From NCBI RefSeq assembly GCF_001194135.2, contig NC_068985.1:95726246-95766537 (forward strand): 40,292 nucleotides of DNA. Direction: 5' to 3'. Position 1 is the first letter of the stretch; each line of letters opens with the position of its first letter. A model generated the notes under the pieces. The model searched no databases and was not told the origin of the DNA. It saw nothing but the letters and a program-made list of their open reading frames with translations. This stretch comes from Octopus bimaculoides. Its lineage: Eukaryota. Shown piece by piece: positions 1 through 10,510 of the stretch. Made by a program: the position numbers and the translations under genes.

Positions 1-47
<47 letters not shown>

Positions 48-54
48 TGCATAA

Positions 55-285
55 GGCGACAAGCTGGCAGAAACGTTAGCATGCCGGGTGAAATGCTTAG
101 CAGTATTTCATCTGCCGCTACGTTCTGAGTTCAAATTCCGCCGGGGTCGACTTTACCTTTCATCCTTTCGGGGTTGATTAAATAAGTATCAGTTACGCAC
201 TGGGGTCGATATAATCGACTTAAGCCATTTGTCTGTCCTTGTTTGTCCCCTCTGTGTGTAGCTCCTTGTGGGTAGTAAAGAAATA
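55..285 (+). mobile_element. tRNA-derived SINE, family A (full length, tail type 1)
   Basis: GGCG..GAGCTGGCAGAAACGTTAGC head, B-box-like GAGTTCAAATTCC, core GATAAATAAGTACCAGTT..CTGGGGTCGAT, and tail ending GTAAAGAAATA. Many copies occur in the window. Confidence 0.85.
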
Positions 286-329
286 ACACATACATGCATG
301 CATGCATGCACACACAGAAGTACACACAT

Positions 330-570
330 ACAGATGGAAAGAGAGAAAGAGAGAGAGTAACTGTCACACCTGTACTGCCCCTCCTTGGGACAGCTGCACA
401 GTGCTTTGAAGTCTAGAAAGTTACTGCACGCTGTGCAGAGTTGAACAAAATGTCTTTTTAAAAATGACTTTTTCATGGGAGACCAGCAGTTACCGTTGCT
501 TGCAAGTGACTCTTCTGCACATCACAGGCCCAAACCACCAGGTCACAAATCATTTAGAACTGAGCCACAC
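330..570 (-). repeat. degenerate dispersed-repeat remnant (probable DNA-transposon derivative)
   Basis: Unique-looking stretch that resembles, from memory, an octopus interspersed repeat. ORF 189-476 runs from it into microsatellite and SINE sequence. Confidence 0.3.
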
Positions 571-615
571 AAAACGAATGAATTTTAGAATTTTATTTCT
601 ATTTTATTGACTATC

Positions 616-792
616 AGTGCAGGCGTGACTGTGTGGTAAGAAGCTTGCTTCTCAACCACATGGTTCCGGGTTCAGTCGCACTGCGTGGTATATATATATA
701 TATATATATATATATGACGGGTTTCTTTCAGTTTCCGTTTACCAAATCTACTCAGAAGGTTTTAGTTGGCCCGAGGCTATAGTAGAAGACAC
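616..792. mobile_element. SINE family B fragments (head on + at 616-688; tail on - at 716-792)
   Basis: GGCGTGACTGTGTGGTAAGAAGCTTGCTT..GGTTCCGGGTTCAGTC head and TTTCTTTCAGTTTCCGTTTACCAAATC tail, both matching other family B copies. Confidence 0.75.
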
Positions 793-1227
793 NNNNNNNN
801 NNNNNNNNNNNNNNNNNNNNNNNNNNNNNNNNNNNNNNNNNNNNNNNNNNNNNNNNNNNNNNNNNNNNNNNNNNNNNNNNNNNNNNNNNNNNNNNNNNNN
901 NNNNNNNNNNNNNNNNNNNNNNNNNNNNNNNNNNNNNNNNNNNNNNNNNNNNNNNNNNNNNNNNNNNNNNNNNNNNNNNNNNNNNNNNNNNNNNNNNNNN
1001 NNNNNNNNNNNNNNNNNNNNNNNNNNNNNNNNNNNNNNNNNNNNNNNNNNNNNNNNNNNNNNNNNNNNNNNNNNNNNNNNNNNNNNNNNNNNNNNNNNNN
1101 NNNNNNNNNNNNNNNNNNNNNNNNNNNNNNNNNNNNNNNNNNNNNNNNNNNNNNNNNNNNNNNNNNNNNNNNNNNNNNNNNNNNNNNNNNNNNNNNNNNN
1201 NNNNNNNNNNNNNNNNNNNNNNNNNNN
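793..1227. other. assembly gap (N-run)
   Basis: Run of N. The other gaps are at 10571-11088, 21526-21801, 26049-26058, 27559-27641, 31617-32009 and 38723-39372. Confidence 0.99.
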
Positions 1228-1435
1228 GTGTGTGTGCGCGTGCATGTGCATATGTATGTGTTTGTGTGTGTGTGTTCTTGTGATTTTGTTTGCAAGAACA
1301 AGGTTTACGAGTACAAAATGAAGTACTTGATATTTCGGCAATAATTGTGCTTTACGTTTTGTTATTTTTAAATTAGGAGTTAATTCAGTTTCGATTCCAA
1401 ACTAATCTGATCGCAAATGCACGCACTTAATGTAA

Positions 1436-1437
<2 letters not shown>

Positions 1438-1477
<40 letters not shown>

Positions 1478-1780
1478 GTGTATTTTTATATAGCTTATCC
1501 ATATTGGTATAGGTATATGTATACACAGAGGGAGAGGGAGAGAGAGAAAGAGAGAGAGAGATTGGATGAAAGAGGAAATGAGTGAATCACTCAGATGAAT
1601 CGCAGCAACAGAAGAGAATTTTAACAATGCCAGCCAGAAATGGTGTCACAATTGTGGTGGCAGTGGTTGGTGTATAAGCCACCGCTACCGCCACCACCAC
1701 CACCACCAGCATCAGCATCAGTAGCTAGAGAGAGAGAGAGAGAGAGAGAACGAGAGAGAAAGAGAACGAGAGACAGAGAG
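1438..1780. repeat. (GT)n, (GA)n and (CCA)n microsatellite cluster
   Basis: Directly visible simple repeats. Confidence 0.9.
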
Positions 1781-2002
1781 GAGGTAAGTGAATGGGGAAG
1801 AAAAGAGAGGAAGAACTATATAAAATGTAATGGTCGATATTTCAGTGAATTAAAGCGAGTTTAAGAATTTCGGTACTTCTATTGTTGTTATTTGGCCCTA
1901 GGTCAACCCTGATAGATGCGAAAAAAACCTATGATCAAAAGTGTTCCAACCGTGATCGTCCTGATTATTTTTATAACAGGGACTACATTATTGGATGTGT
2001 CC

Positions 2003-2004
<2 letters not shown>

Positions 2005-2044
<40 letters not shown>

Positions 2045-2452
2045 TGCATGCTTCAAGACAGAAGATTAAGAGGTGAGGAAGAGTTCACTGCTATTTCTAG
2101 CAGGTTGAACGACTGCGTAAAAATAGTGCTATGATGATGAAAAATTACGTAATCTGTCGATTTTCCAATCGAAATCTTTCTTGAAGAAAAACCGAAAATG
2201 CTTGTAAGATCCTCGATGTTTTTTGTTTTTTTAATATTTTTCAATATTTTTTATGCACTTGCTCGTTTAAGCAAAGATTTTTTTTTTAACTTCCAGCCCA
2301 CCTCCAACTTATATGCCATGCCTTTGAAAAAAAAGATAATAAAAATTCTTCAGATTTTCGTTTTAAACGTCAAAGAATCAGAAATGGTAAAAATTTATTT
2401 TTCAAGATTTTTATTGGTAAATAGAAAGCACTTAGATAGATAGATAGATAGA

Positions 2453-2484
<32 letters not shown>

Positions 2485-2520
2485 CACGCATGCACACATA
2501 CACAGACACAGACACACATA
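2005..2520. repeat. (GATA)n, (TACA)n and (CA)n microsatellites flanking an AT-rich block
   Basis: Arrays at 2005-2043 and 2433-2520. Confidence 0.9.
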
Positions 2521-3649
2521 CAAAAATTATCATGGCCTTCAATCCAGTGCTTTATGTGTATTATGTATTAACTGTGTTTTAGTTTTCAAAAGAACAAAAA
2601 TCAAATAATGAAAGCAATTAATATATAACCGATGCGTTTTCTAAAAATTTACGATGCCGTTGTTTCAATTTAGTAAGGATGAAAATGTAATTACTAGAAG
2701 TAAACAAAATAGGTTCCATACATTGTCGTAGAAATGTATGAACACAAACTGTATTCATCCATTCATTCATTCCAAATGCAATTCAAAACACAGGAATACC
2801 TCAGCTTACGTCGGAAATTGGTTTCAAACACGTGACTCAAGTCGAAAAACTACGTAAAACGAAAAAGCATTTTTAAACATTTATTAACTAATATCTGTTT
2901 TAATAAATGATTTGCAGGTATTCTCACACGTATTTTATTTAATTTTCTACTCCACTAATTGTTTTCATGTGATTTTTCTTTTTAATGTTTATGCTTTTAA
3001 ATATATTCGCTCAAAACCGTAGTTGGAGTCTATCGGAGTCTGAAGTTGGAGTCTATTTTTTTTCCATTAATTTCTTTAAAATAAAAACCATGTAAATTAG
3101 AAAAACAACGTAAATTAGAAAAACTAGAAACGACGTAAGACGAGGTGCCTGTATATTTATATTCACACAAAACAATACTTTATTTATATCGTAAACGTAT
3201 ACGTTTTTTTTTTTTTAAATAGAAAGCAATTGAAAATCACAAAAGTCTAATTTAAAAGAAAAGAAAGGAATTATACTGAATCTGATATTCAAAATAAAAA
3301 TCTTAAAACGGTTTTTTAGGGCAAAAATAATTAAAAAATAAAACGTTAAAGGAGGGGTGAGGTTTAAAGAAAAAACTGCATACTTTAACATAATTGTCCT
3401 TTTCCTTTCTATAAAGGAAATATGTTCTGCGAAAAACCCAAAGAATTTACAAAGAATATTACACAATCAGTAAGATGTTCCGCCGTTGTTGATGTTTATA
3501 GCAGCGTGATGTCTTGATCAAGACCGTTGATCAATGACGTTCTGGTATTATGTAAATAATGTTATATAAATAGATACAGACTATCGTCTTGTATAACATC
3601 AATCCACTACACTGTACAATGTGTTCCTTCTGTTTTTTTAACACGTGAT

Positions 3650-4165
3650 GTGATTTGATGTGATTTAGCATCTATTTCTAACAGGTCCTATGGTGCGACC
3701 ACATAGAGAAGCTTCTCCATTTGTTTATGCAGTTCTTTGTTTAGCCCTAGGTCAGCCCTACCCCAGCGAACCTACTTGTAATCAAACGCATTTAAGACGT
3801 GACTGTACTTCTTTTCTTTTCATTTTTTTCCCCCAGACATTAGGCATCTGGAATTAATTTAACCACTCTGCCCTTCTCTTTTAATACAGTAATACCTAAT
3901 TTGAGAGCTGTTTGGCTGTTATTTCTACCATGTCATGTGACCACGTAGAGAATCTCTGTTTATTCATGGATTTCTTTGTTCAGCTCCCGGTCAGCCCTGC
4001 ACCAGCGAACCTGTAGTGGAAGACATTTTTAGACGTAACCATTTTTTCCCCCAGAGATAATGCCTCTAGAATTACATTAACCACAATGCCTTTCTCTCTA
4101 AATACAGTAATATCTTATGTGAAAGAATGTTTGGCCGTTGTTTCTAGCAGATCAAGTGACCACAA
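3650..4165 (-). repeat. diverged tandem copies (about 220-250 bp) of repeat family R
   Basis: Motif TTGGCTG..TATTTCTA(G)CAG..GACCAC recurs at about 3665, 3912 and 4131. Related copies lie at 1860-2000, 15560-15670, 24280-24410, 25230-25470, 28130-28390 and 37215-37380. Confidence 0.7.
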
Positions 4166-4794
4166 GTTTCATTCAGCTTGTGTTGTTAATAAATGTTAAC
4201 CTATGACCATTCTTGTTTATTATTCTTTCCTACTGTTTCATCTTCGTCTGTCAAAAGAAAAATGACTGGTGTTGATTTGATGCATTTAAGAGGATCGACA
4301 GAACAGTAAATAAAACGACATGCAACATTTTTCGCTGCAACGTTCTGAGTTCAAATCTCGCCCAGGTTGACTTTGCCTTTCATCCTTTTGAGATCGATAA
4401 AATTTGTACTATTCAAGTACAGTGATCGATTAAATCGATTACATTCCTCCCTACGATTTTCTGACCAAGTGTGAATATTAGAAATCGTTACTTGCAGCAG
4501 CAGCAGTAGTAGTAGTAGTTTTGGTGGTTGTAGTAGTAGCGGTAATAGTGGTAGTGGTGTTGGTGGTGGAGTAGAAGTTGTAGTAGTATAGATATCAGCA
4601 AATGGCAGAAACAGTAGTCCAATACATCAAATATATTATTCGCAGTAGTTTAATTTTGCCTTTTTACGTTCTGAGTTCGAATCCAACTTAGATCGATCTT
4701 CACCCTTCCTAGGTCAATCAAATGTGTACCACTCAAGCACTGGCCTTGATGTAAATTGCCCATCAATTCTCTCGAATCTTTTTACCACATCATT

Positions 4795-4955
4795 CAGGCG
4801 CGATCCCAGGAATTTTTCGAAAGAAGGGCACAAGGACAGAAGGGGATATAATTCCAGGAGGAAAAGGGCGTAATAACATTATTTAGAAGGGCACACTTCT
4901 TTCCTTGAGTGGGGCACGTTCCCCCCAGGCCCCCTACCTCTTGGGTCCGCCCCTG
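4795..4955 (+). mobile_element. CAG...CTG MITE (unclassified TIR element)
   Basis: Ends CAGGCGCGATCCCAGG and TTGGGTCCGCCCCTG, flanked by TCATT on both sides. A reverse-oriented relative lies at 17846-18016 (TCGAAAAATTCCTGGGACCGCGCCTG). Confidence 0.65.
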
Positions 4956-5344
4956 TCATTGTTGACAAGACAGTTCCTTTTGGCACTAGACTATGGGTTT
5001 GGTTAAAGTACTTGGAACCTGGTTCAAACTACACCGACAGAAAATAACATTTTTACAAGATATCACACGGTGGAATTAAACGCAAAACATTTGACTATAT
5101 ATATATATGTGTGTGTGTGTGTGTATATAATAAACTCTCTCGTCGAAGACAATATAGGAATGTTTAGCAAGAAGACAAAAAGAAACTCCAACCAAAATAG
5201 ACAATCAAAAATACGCCTACATTACTATTACTACCATTCACCAATGTTTATACTTCATTCACTACACTTGGTGATTCCTTTATCAGAGTCCTCAGGCCAC
5301 CAAAAAGCAATATAGATATGAGCATGACTTATTAAACCAACACT

Positions 5345-5619
5345 ACATACATATACATACATACATACATACATACATGGGTAGACAGATGGGTTGATAG
5401 AGATAAATAGATAGATGGACAGACAGACGGACAGACAGACAGATAGATAGATAGATAGAGAGAGAGAGATAGACAAATAGATAGATAGATAGATAGATGG
5501 ATAGATAGATAGATGGACAAATAGATAGATAGAGAGAGAGAGATAGACAAATAGACAGATAGATAGATAGAGACAGAGAGAGATACATACATACATACAT
5601 ACATACATACATACATACA

Positions 5620-5650
<31 letters not shown>
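5345..5650. repeat. compound tetranucleotide microsatellite (TACA)n-(GATA/GACA)n-(TACA)n
   Basis: Directly visible. It accounts for ORFs 5255-5689, 5332-5736 and 5343-5648. Confidence 0.95.
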
Positions 5651-5913
5651 GTGTGTAGATATATATATATCATCCACCCTTTTCCCCACTGATCTACAAG
5701 CTGTAAGGCACCTGTGCTTGTCCCTCTATTATTCATTAACCTTCAACACCTGGCATAAAACTGCTCCCACCTACCCACTGCTCAAATATACACACCCACC
5801 CAGTCGGTGGGGGGGGGGAGTGCTTTTTCTTTTCTTTTCATTGTCTCACAATTTACTTGGCAACCTCACTCGTGCTGGTGTGGAGAGAAAAAGCACACAC
5901 CATTCTTTGTAAG

Positions 5914-6022
5914 GTGGTTGCCATTAGGAAGGGCATCCAACAGCAGAAACCATAGCAAAGCCAAGATCAGAGCCAAATGCAGCCCAGCAGCTCATCAGAT
6001 CTTGTCAAACTGTCCAACACAT
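5914..6022 (+). mobile_element. retroposon 3'-end fragment (RTE-like tail)
   Basis: GTTGCCATTAGGAAGGGCATCC motif, with a reverse-oriented copy at 8025-8240 (GGATGCCCTTCCTAATACCAATC). The RTE assignment is from memory of this tail motif. Confidence 0.55.
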
Positions 6023-6064
<42 letters not shown>

Positions 6065-6079
6065 ATCAGTTTATTATGA

Positions 6080-6229
6080 TATTATTCAACACATTCCCCT
6101 CTCAGATTCACACACTTATTGCAGCCGTCCTTCAGTTTATTTAAGTCCTGTAAAAGAACTTGGAAAGTTGAGCCTCCAACCAGGCCTTTTGCAATACATT
6201 TAAAACCAGGAACTTTTCAGCCTCGCGTA
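6080..6229 (-). mobile_element. mariner-derived remnant with one TIR and the transposase C-terminus
   Basis: The minus strand encodes VLLQDLNKLKDGCNKCVNLRGECVE*, matching the mariner C-terminal pattern KL..RW.KC...GEYVE*. The TIR-like end TACGCGAGGCTGAAAAGTTCCTGGTTTT terminates in TA. Confidence 0.75.
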
Positions 6230-6289
6230 TGTGTATGTGTGTGTGTGTGTGTGTGTGTATAAATATATATATATATATATATAAAAACA

Positions 6290-6599
6290 AATAATAAATC
6301 AGTATATGCATATATACGTACAGGTGTGTGCATACCTACGTCTACCTGCATATATAGGTGTATATCTGGGTACAGGACATTGCAAACAAAATGTAGACAA
6401 GAAATAATAATAACCAGAGTACAGAAAACACACAAGCCACATAGAGAACATTTTCCTTCATCAGCTACCCCCGTTTTAACACCGGCGTTTCGAAGAGTTA
6501 GGCAGTTGACGCATCATTAAAACAGCTCTTCCCATGGACTGCAAATTAAATTTGTATACACAAATTAAACCTGTGCCATGGAGGAATGTAGTGGCGGAC
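6290..6599 (-). mobile_element. retroelement terminal fragment, family P (possibly Penelope-like)
   Basis: The tail (TGTCCTGTACCCAGAT..TAGATGTAGGTATG) is shared with 11500-11607 (-) and 40060-40208 (+). The Penelope assignment is inference only. Confidence 0.5.
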
Positions 6600-6984
6600 G
6601 CCACCTAGATGTGGCTAACCCTTAAGGGTTGATGCTATTGTAGCTTGTAGCCCCAGGAAGACATCTCCTCCAGCTGGCTATTGACACACTTTCTGTGCCC
6701 TATCAGTATTTACAGTAGTCGTCACTGGCAAAAGTATATGCATATTTGCATTGGGAACCACTTCACATCGCCAGCCGGCAGTTATCACACGCTGATGACG
6801 AGTCAATACCCAGAAACTCGGGTCTGTGTGTATCACGTCAAACTGGAGATGGGAAGGATCACTTCCCTTTGCAAATACTGATAGGGCACAGAAAGTGTGT
6901 CAATAGCCAGCTGGAGGAGTTGTCTTCCTGGGGCTACAAGCTACAGTAGCATCAACCCTTAAGGGTTAGTCACATTTAGGTGGC
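6600..6984. mobile_element. foldback element with 114-bp inverted arms
   Basis: 6600-6713 and 6871-6984 are reverse complements with 5 mismatches in 114 nt, around a 157-nt spacer. No TSD seen. Confidence 0.9.
6784..6833 (+). ncRNA. minimal type-I hammerhead ribozyme-like motif (degenerate stem II)
   Basis: CACACG-CTGATGA-CGAGT(CAAT)ACCCA-GAAA-C(TCGG)GT-C-TGTGTG. Intact core boxes, GUC cleavage triplet, 6-bp stem I and 2-bp stem III with a tetraloop. Stem II has 3 of 5 pairs. Confidence 0.55.
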
Positions 6985-7046
6985 AAATATACTTCACGAT
7001 GTCGTGCAGCTACTGTTTATACCTCGTTCGGAAATTTATTATTGCT

Positions 7047-7076
<30 letters not shown>

Positions 7077-7077
<1 letters not shown>

Positions 7078-7385
7078 GGAGGCGCAATGGCCCAGTGGTT
7101 AGGGCAGCAGACTCGCAGTCGGAGGATCACGGTTTCGATTCCCAGACCGGGTGTTGTGTGTGTTTATTGAGCGAAAACACCTAAAGCTCCACGAGGCTCT
7201 GGCAGGGGGTGGTGGCGACCCTTGTTGTACTCTTTCACCCCAACTTTCTCTCATTCTTTCTTCCTGTTTCTTGAGTAACGCTGCGATGGACTAGCGTCCC
7301 ATCAAGCTGGTGGGGAACACATACACCATAGAAACTGAGAAACTGGGCCCATGAGCCTGGCTAGGCTTGAAAAGGTTGCATAAAT
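7077..7385 (+). mobile_element. tRNA-derived SINE, family D (tRNA-Arg-like head), full length
   Basis: A-box TGGCCCAGTGG and B-box GGTTTCGATTCC. The head aligns by eye with tRNA-Arg(TCG) (GACT.CG..TC.GA.GAT). The element ends in an AT-rich tail. Confidence 0.8.
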
Positions 7386-7399
7386 ATATATATATATAT

Positions 7400-7570
7400 A
7401 ATGGGATTCTACACAGTTTCTGTGAACTGAATTCACTCACAAAGCATTGGTTGAATAAGTTGACCCAGGGTCATAGTGGAAGACACTTGCCCAAGATGCC
7501 GTGCAGTGGAACTGAACCCAAAACTACGTGATTGCGCACCAAGCTTCTTAACCAGACAGCCATGCCTGCA
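7400..7570 (-). mobile_element. SINE family B
   Basis: Reverse complement of the family B consensus (GAAGACACTTGCCCAAG..GTGCAGTGG.ACTGAACCC). Confidence 0.75.
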
Positions 7571-8502
7571 GCGATTACAGAGCCATACCTGAAGAACATG
7601 TCAATATGTGATTACACGAAAGAATTACGCTCAGTTTGTAAATATACTTAAACCATTGTATAAACAGTAATTTCAAATGGAAACAGCCAAGCATTCGATT
7701 TCAAGGTGTTGTTGGGTTTATTAACCGGTGTGCTGCATCTGTCTTGTTTGTCTTCATACATAAACAGGTGATAGACACACAGACAATCAGAATGTGATCA
7801 ATTATCACAGTAGTGATTGATCAAATGTGTGTAACATTACAGATGGTCAATGCAGAAGGGATTAGAATTCAGATGCTATAAGCCTTACTAACACGCTGTG
7901 TTAACCAGCAAATAAGACTAGCCTTCTTTTTAGAAGAAGAAGGTGCTTGGCCAAGTGATGAGGATGTTGCTTTCACAATTGCAAGATAGTTGTTTCAAAA
8001 AAGTTTGAGAACCTCTGGGTTAAACAGTTTGCCTGGGCTGGCATACTGGAAGGCTATGCCAGGATCCAGTCTGTTTGGCATGGTTTTCTACAGCTGGATG
8101 CCCTTCCTAATACCAATCGCTCCAAGAGTGTAATGGGTGATTTTACATGCCACCGGCACAGGTGCCATTTGTGTGACACCAGTATCTGCCACAACTGCAA
8201 CATGGTCTGATGAATAAGTATCCGGACTGTTGCTGCCATAGTAACAAAGCTAAAGCACGCAGTGTGAAGCCACTTAACACAGACTAACCTTCAGCTCTGC
8301 TGTCCATGTACAGTAAGTTTTAACATTCTAGCTCACTCGGCTCTTTACAGCAGTACTTGAAAGGAAGGTGTGTAGTGTGTGATTGTCACATTGACCATGA
8401 CAGAGAAAGTTGAGCAGAGATGATGATGGTGATGATGATGACAACAATGATAATTATAGTAAGGAGGAGGAGGAGAAGGAGGATAATGATGATTATGATC
8501 AT

Positions 8503-8631
8503 TTCCCTTTAGAGCCAGACAATAGCTAGGCTCCGAAACGTAGCTGAAATTCTAAAAGGCCTCAAGCCAGACCTACAAAGGATTGCAAATGTCACATTTG
8601 AGACATTTCTACTGCCACATAAACAAACACA
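8503..8631 (+). CDS. candidate terminal coding exon, unidentified
   Basis: Acceptor CATTTCCCTTTAG| with an in-frame TAG just upstream, followed by SQTIARLRNVAEILKGLKPDLQRIANVTFETFLLPHKQTHTA*. Non-repetitive sequence, no homolog recognised. Confidence 0.25.
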
Positions 8632-8885
8632 CACAGCCTAGATTGCATCCATAAGAAACTCACTCAACTGACTGACGAGTAGCCATGCATGACTACATTT
8701 CAACAATCTTCCAGCTAATTAGCCAACAGTTGTGGTCTAGTTTCTGTCACAATTACGTCAAGTTAGAAGGAGGTCAATTGAGTGCTGTTGTTTTTAACTG
8801 AGTGACCTTGCACTGGAATGTTGAAAGCATTGGTGTAGAGTTATTTCAACTAATATCTGAAAGTCAGAAGAATGTCTGGCCGTGT

Positions 8886-9051
8886 GGAGGTGCAAATGTG
8901 GATGTGTGGTTAGAAGCTTGCCTCCCAACCACATGGTTCCAGGTTCAGTCCCACCACATGAAACCTTGGGTGAATTGTCTTCTACTATAGCCTGAGGCCA
9001 ACCAAAGCCTTGTGAGTAGTTTTGGTAGACAGAAACTGAAAGAAGCCTATC

Positions 9052-9082
<31 letters not shown>

Positions 9083-9389
9083 TGTGTCTGTGTATATATA
9101 TGTGTGTGTGTGTGTGTATACATACACACACACACACACACATACATGGATGTGTGTATGTATGTCTTCGTGTTTGTCCCTCACCACCGCTAGACAACTG
9201 GTGCCAGTGTGTTTACGTCTCTGTAACTTAGTGGTTTGGCAAAATAGACTGATAGAATAAGTACCAGGCTTGAAAAAAAAAAATAAGTACTGGTATCAAT
9301 TCATTTGACTAAAAAAGAAAATATTCTTCATGGCAGTGCCCCAGCATGGCCACATTCTAATGACTGAAACCAATAAAAGATAAAAAGAA
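8886..9389 (+). mobile_element. SINE family B + microsatellite + family C composite
   Basis: Family B (8886-9053), a (TA/TG/CA)n spacer, then family C (9160-9389; TGTTTGTCCC..GACAAC..GCTCCAGCATGGCC..ATGACTGAAAC). The same order occurs at 11612-12011. Confidence 0.8.
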
Positions 9390-9826
9390 AAGTTATTTAC
9401 TAAATTCTTTGTTAAATTTAAAATTAATTGAAACAAACACGGAGCATCACAAAAGAAATACGGTAACGAAAGGGTTAACAAATGATTAATTTAGCCCTGT
9501 CGATACCAACCTGGCTGAAACCACCTCTAGTTCTGTTGTACAAATATCTTGTTTTCAAAAGTTCTGAATTTAAATCTTCCACCAAACCTTAGTCACAATT
9601 TATGTTCCTAACACTAGCTTAATGATAATTAAGTTATTTTACTAAATTCTTTGTTATATTTAAAATTAATTGAAAGAAACACAGAGCTTCTCAACAGAAA
9701 TATGGTAACAAAAGGGTTAACAAATGATTAATTTAACCCTTTCGATACCAACCCAACTGAAACCACCTTTGGCTCTCTTGTGCAAATGTCATGTTTTCAA
9801 AAGTTCTGAATTAAAATCTTCCACAC
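9390..9826 (+). mobile_element. tandem array of a piggyBac-like (TTAA) MITE, period 242 bp
   Basis: TTAACCCTTTCG...CGAAAGGGTTAA termini. Partial, full (9491-9720) and partial copies are separated by an identical CAAATGATTAAT spacer. Confidence 0.85.
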
Positions 9827-10286
9827 AACCACAGGAAAAATATAGGCAGGAAGGAAATTCCACAGGATTGACATTCTGGAGAGGAAGAAGAAATGGGTAT
9901 TGTGGTTAGTGCAGGCCCAGGGTGGGGGAAAGGAAAACATAGTATGGGTGATGAGACAAAGAGAGAGAGAGAGAGAAAGATGACTGTATCAGGTGGGACT
10001 GGGAGCAGATGGTATGCAATAACTGGGACCATTGTAATAGTGGTGAATAAAATAGAGCAAGGACTCTGCACATCTCTGACACTAAACCAGCTAGGTAAGA
10101 CAATACAAGACAAAGTCCTTTCCAACATCCAGGCCAATATCGTTTTTAATTTACCATATTTGGAACCAAATGAGGTGTACTTTCATCAAAACCATCATCA
10201 TCAACATCATTCAATGATTATTTTCTATGCTTGTATGGGTTGGACAGTTCAACAGGAGCTGGTAAGCCAGAGGACTGCACCAAGAC

Positions 10287-10510
10287 ATTTCTTATTTCTT
10301 TACTGCCCACAAGGGGCTACACACAGAAAGGACAAACAAGGGCAGACAAACGGATTAAGTCGATTATATCGACCCCAGTGCGTAACTGCTACTTATTTAA
10401 GGATGAAAGCAAAGTCGACCCCAGCGGAATTTGAACTCAGAACATAGCGGCAGATGAAATAGCGCTTAGCATTTAGTCCGGTGTGCCAACGTTTCTGCCA
10501 GCTCACCGCT
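10287..10510 (-). mobile_element. SINE family A (tail type 1)
   Basis: Reverse complement of the 55-285 and 11223-11454 copies, with several CpG-to-TpG/CpA changes. Confidence 0.85.

Noticed and set aside
6440-6535. Second hammerhead-like signal on the minus strand (CTCTTC-GAAAC-GCCGGTGT...CTGATGA-AGG)
   Set aside because: The core boxes are present, but no register gives both CUGANGA-stem II-GAAA and a paired stem I. At most it is a degenerate relic.
7077-7150. Functional tRNA gene
   Set aside because: It has A and B boxes but no intact cloverleaf, and it continues into SINE body and tail.
8671-8700. CTGACGA followed by a GTAG/CTAC stem; similar CTGANGA hits at about 7592, 8207, 12249, 15473 and 30799
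   Set aside because: None has GAAA, stem III and a UH triplet in the required positions.
9893-10447. Longest N-free ORF (184 aa)
   Set aside because: It runs through (GA)n and (CAT)n repeats and an antisense family A SINE, and has no recognisable domain.
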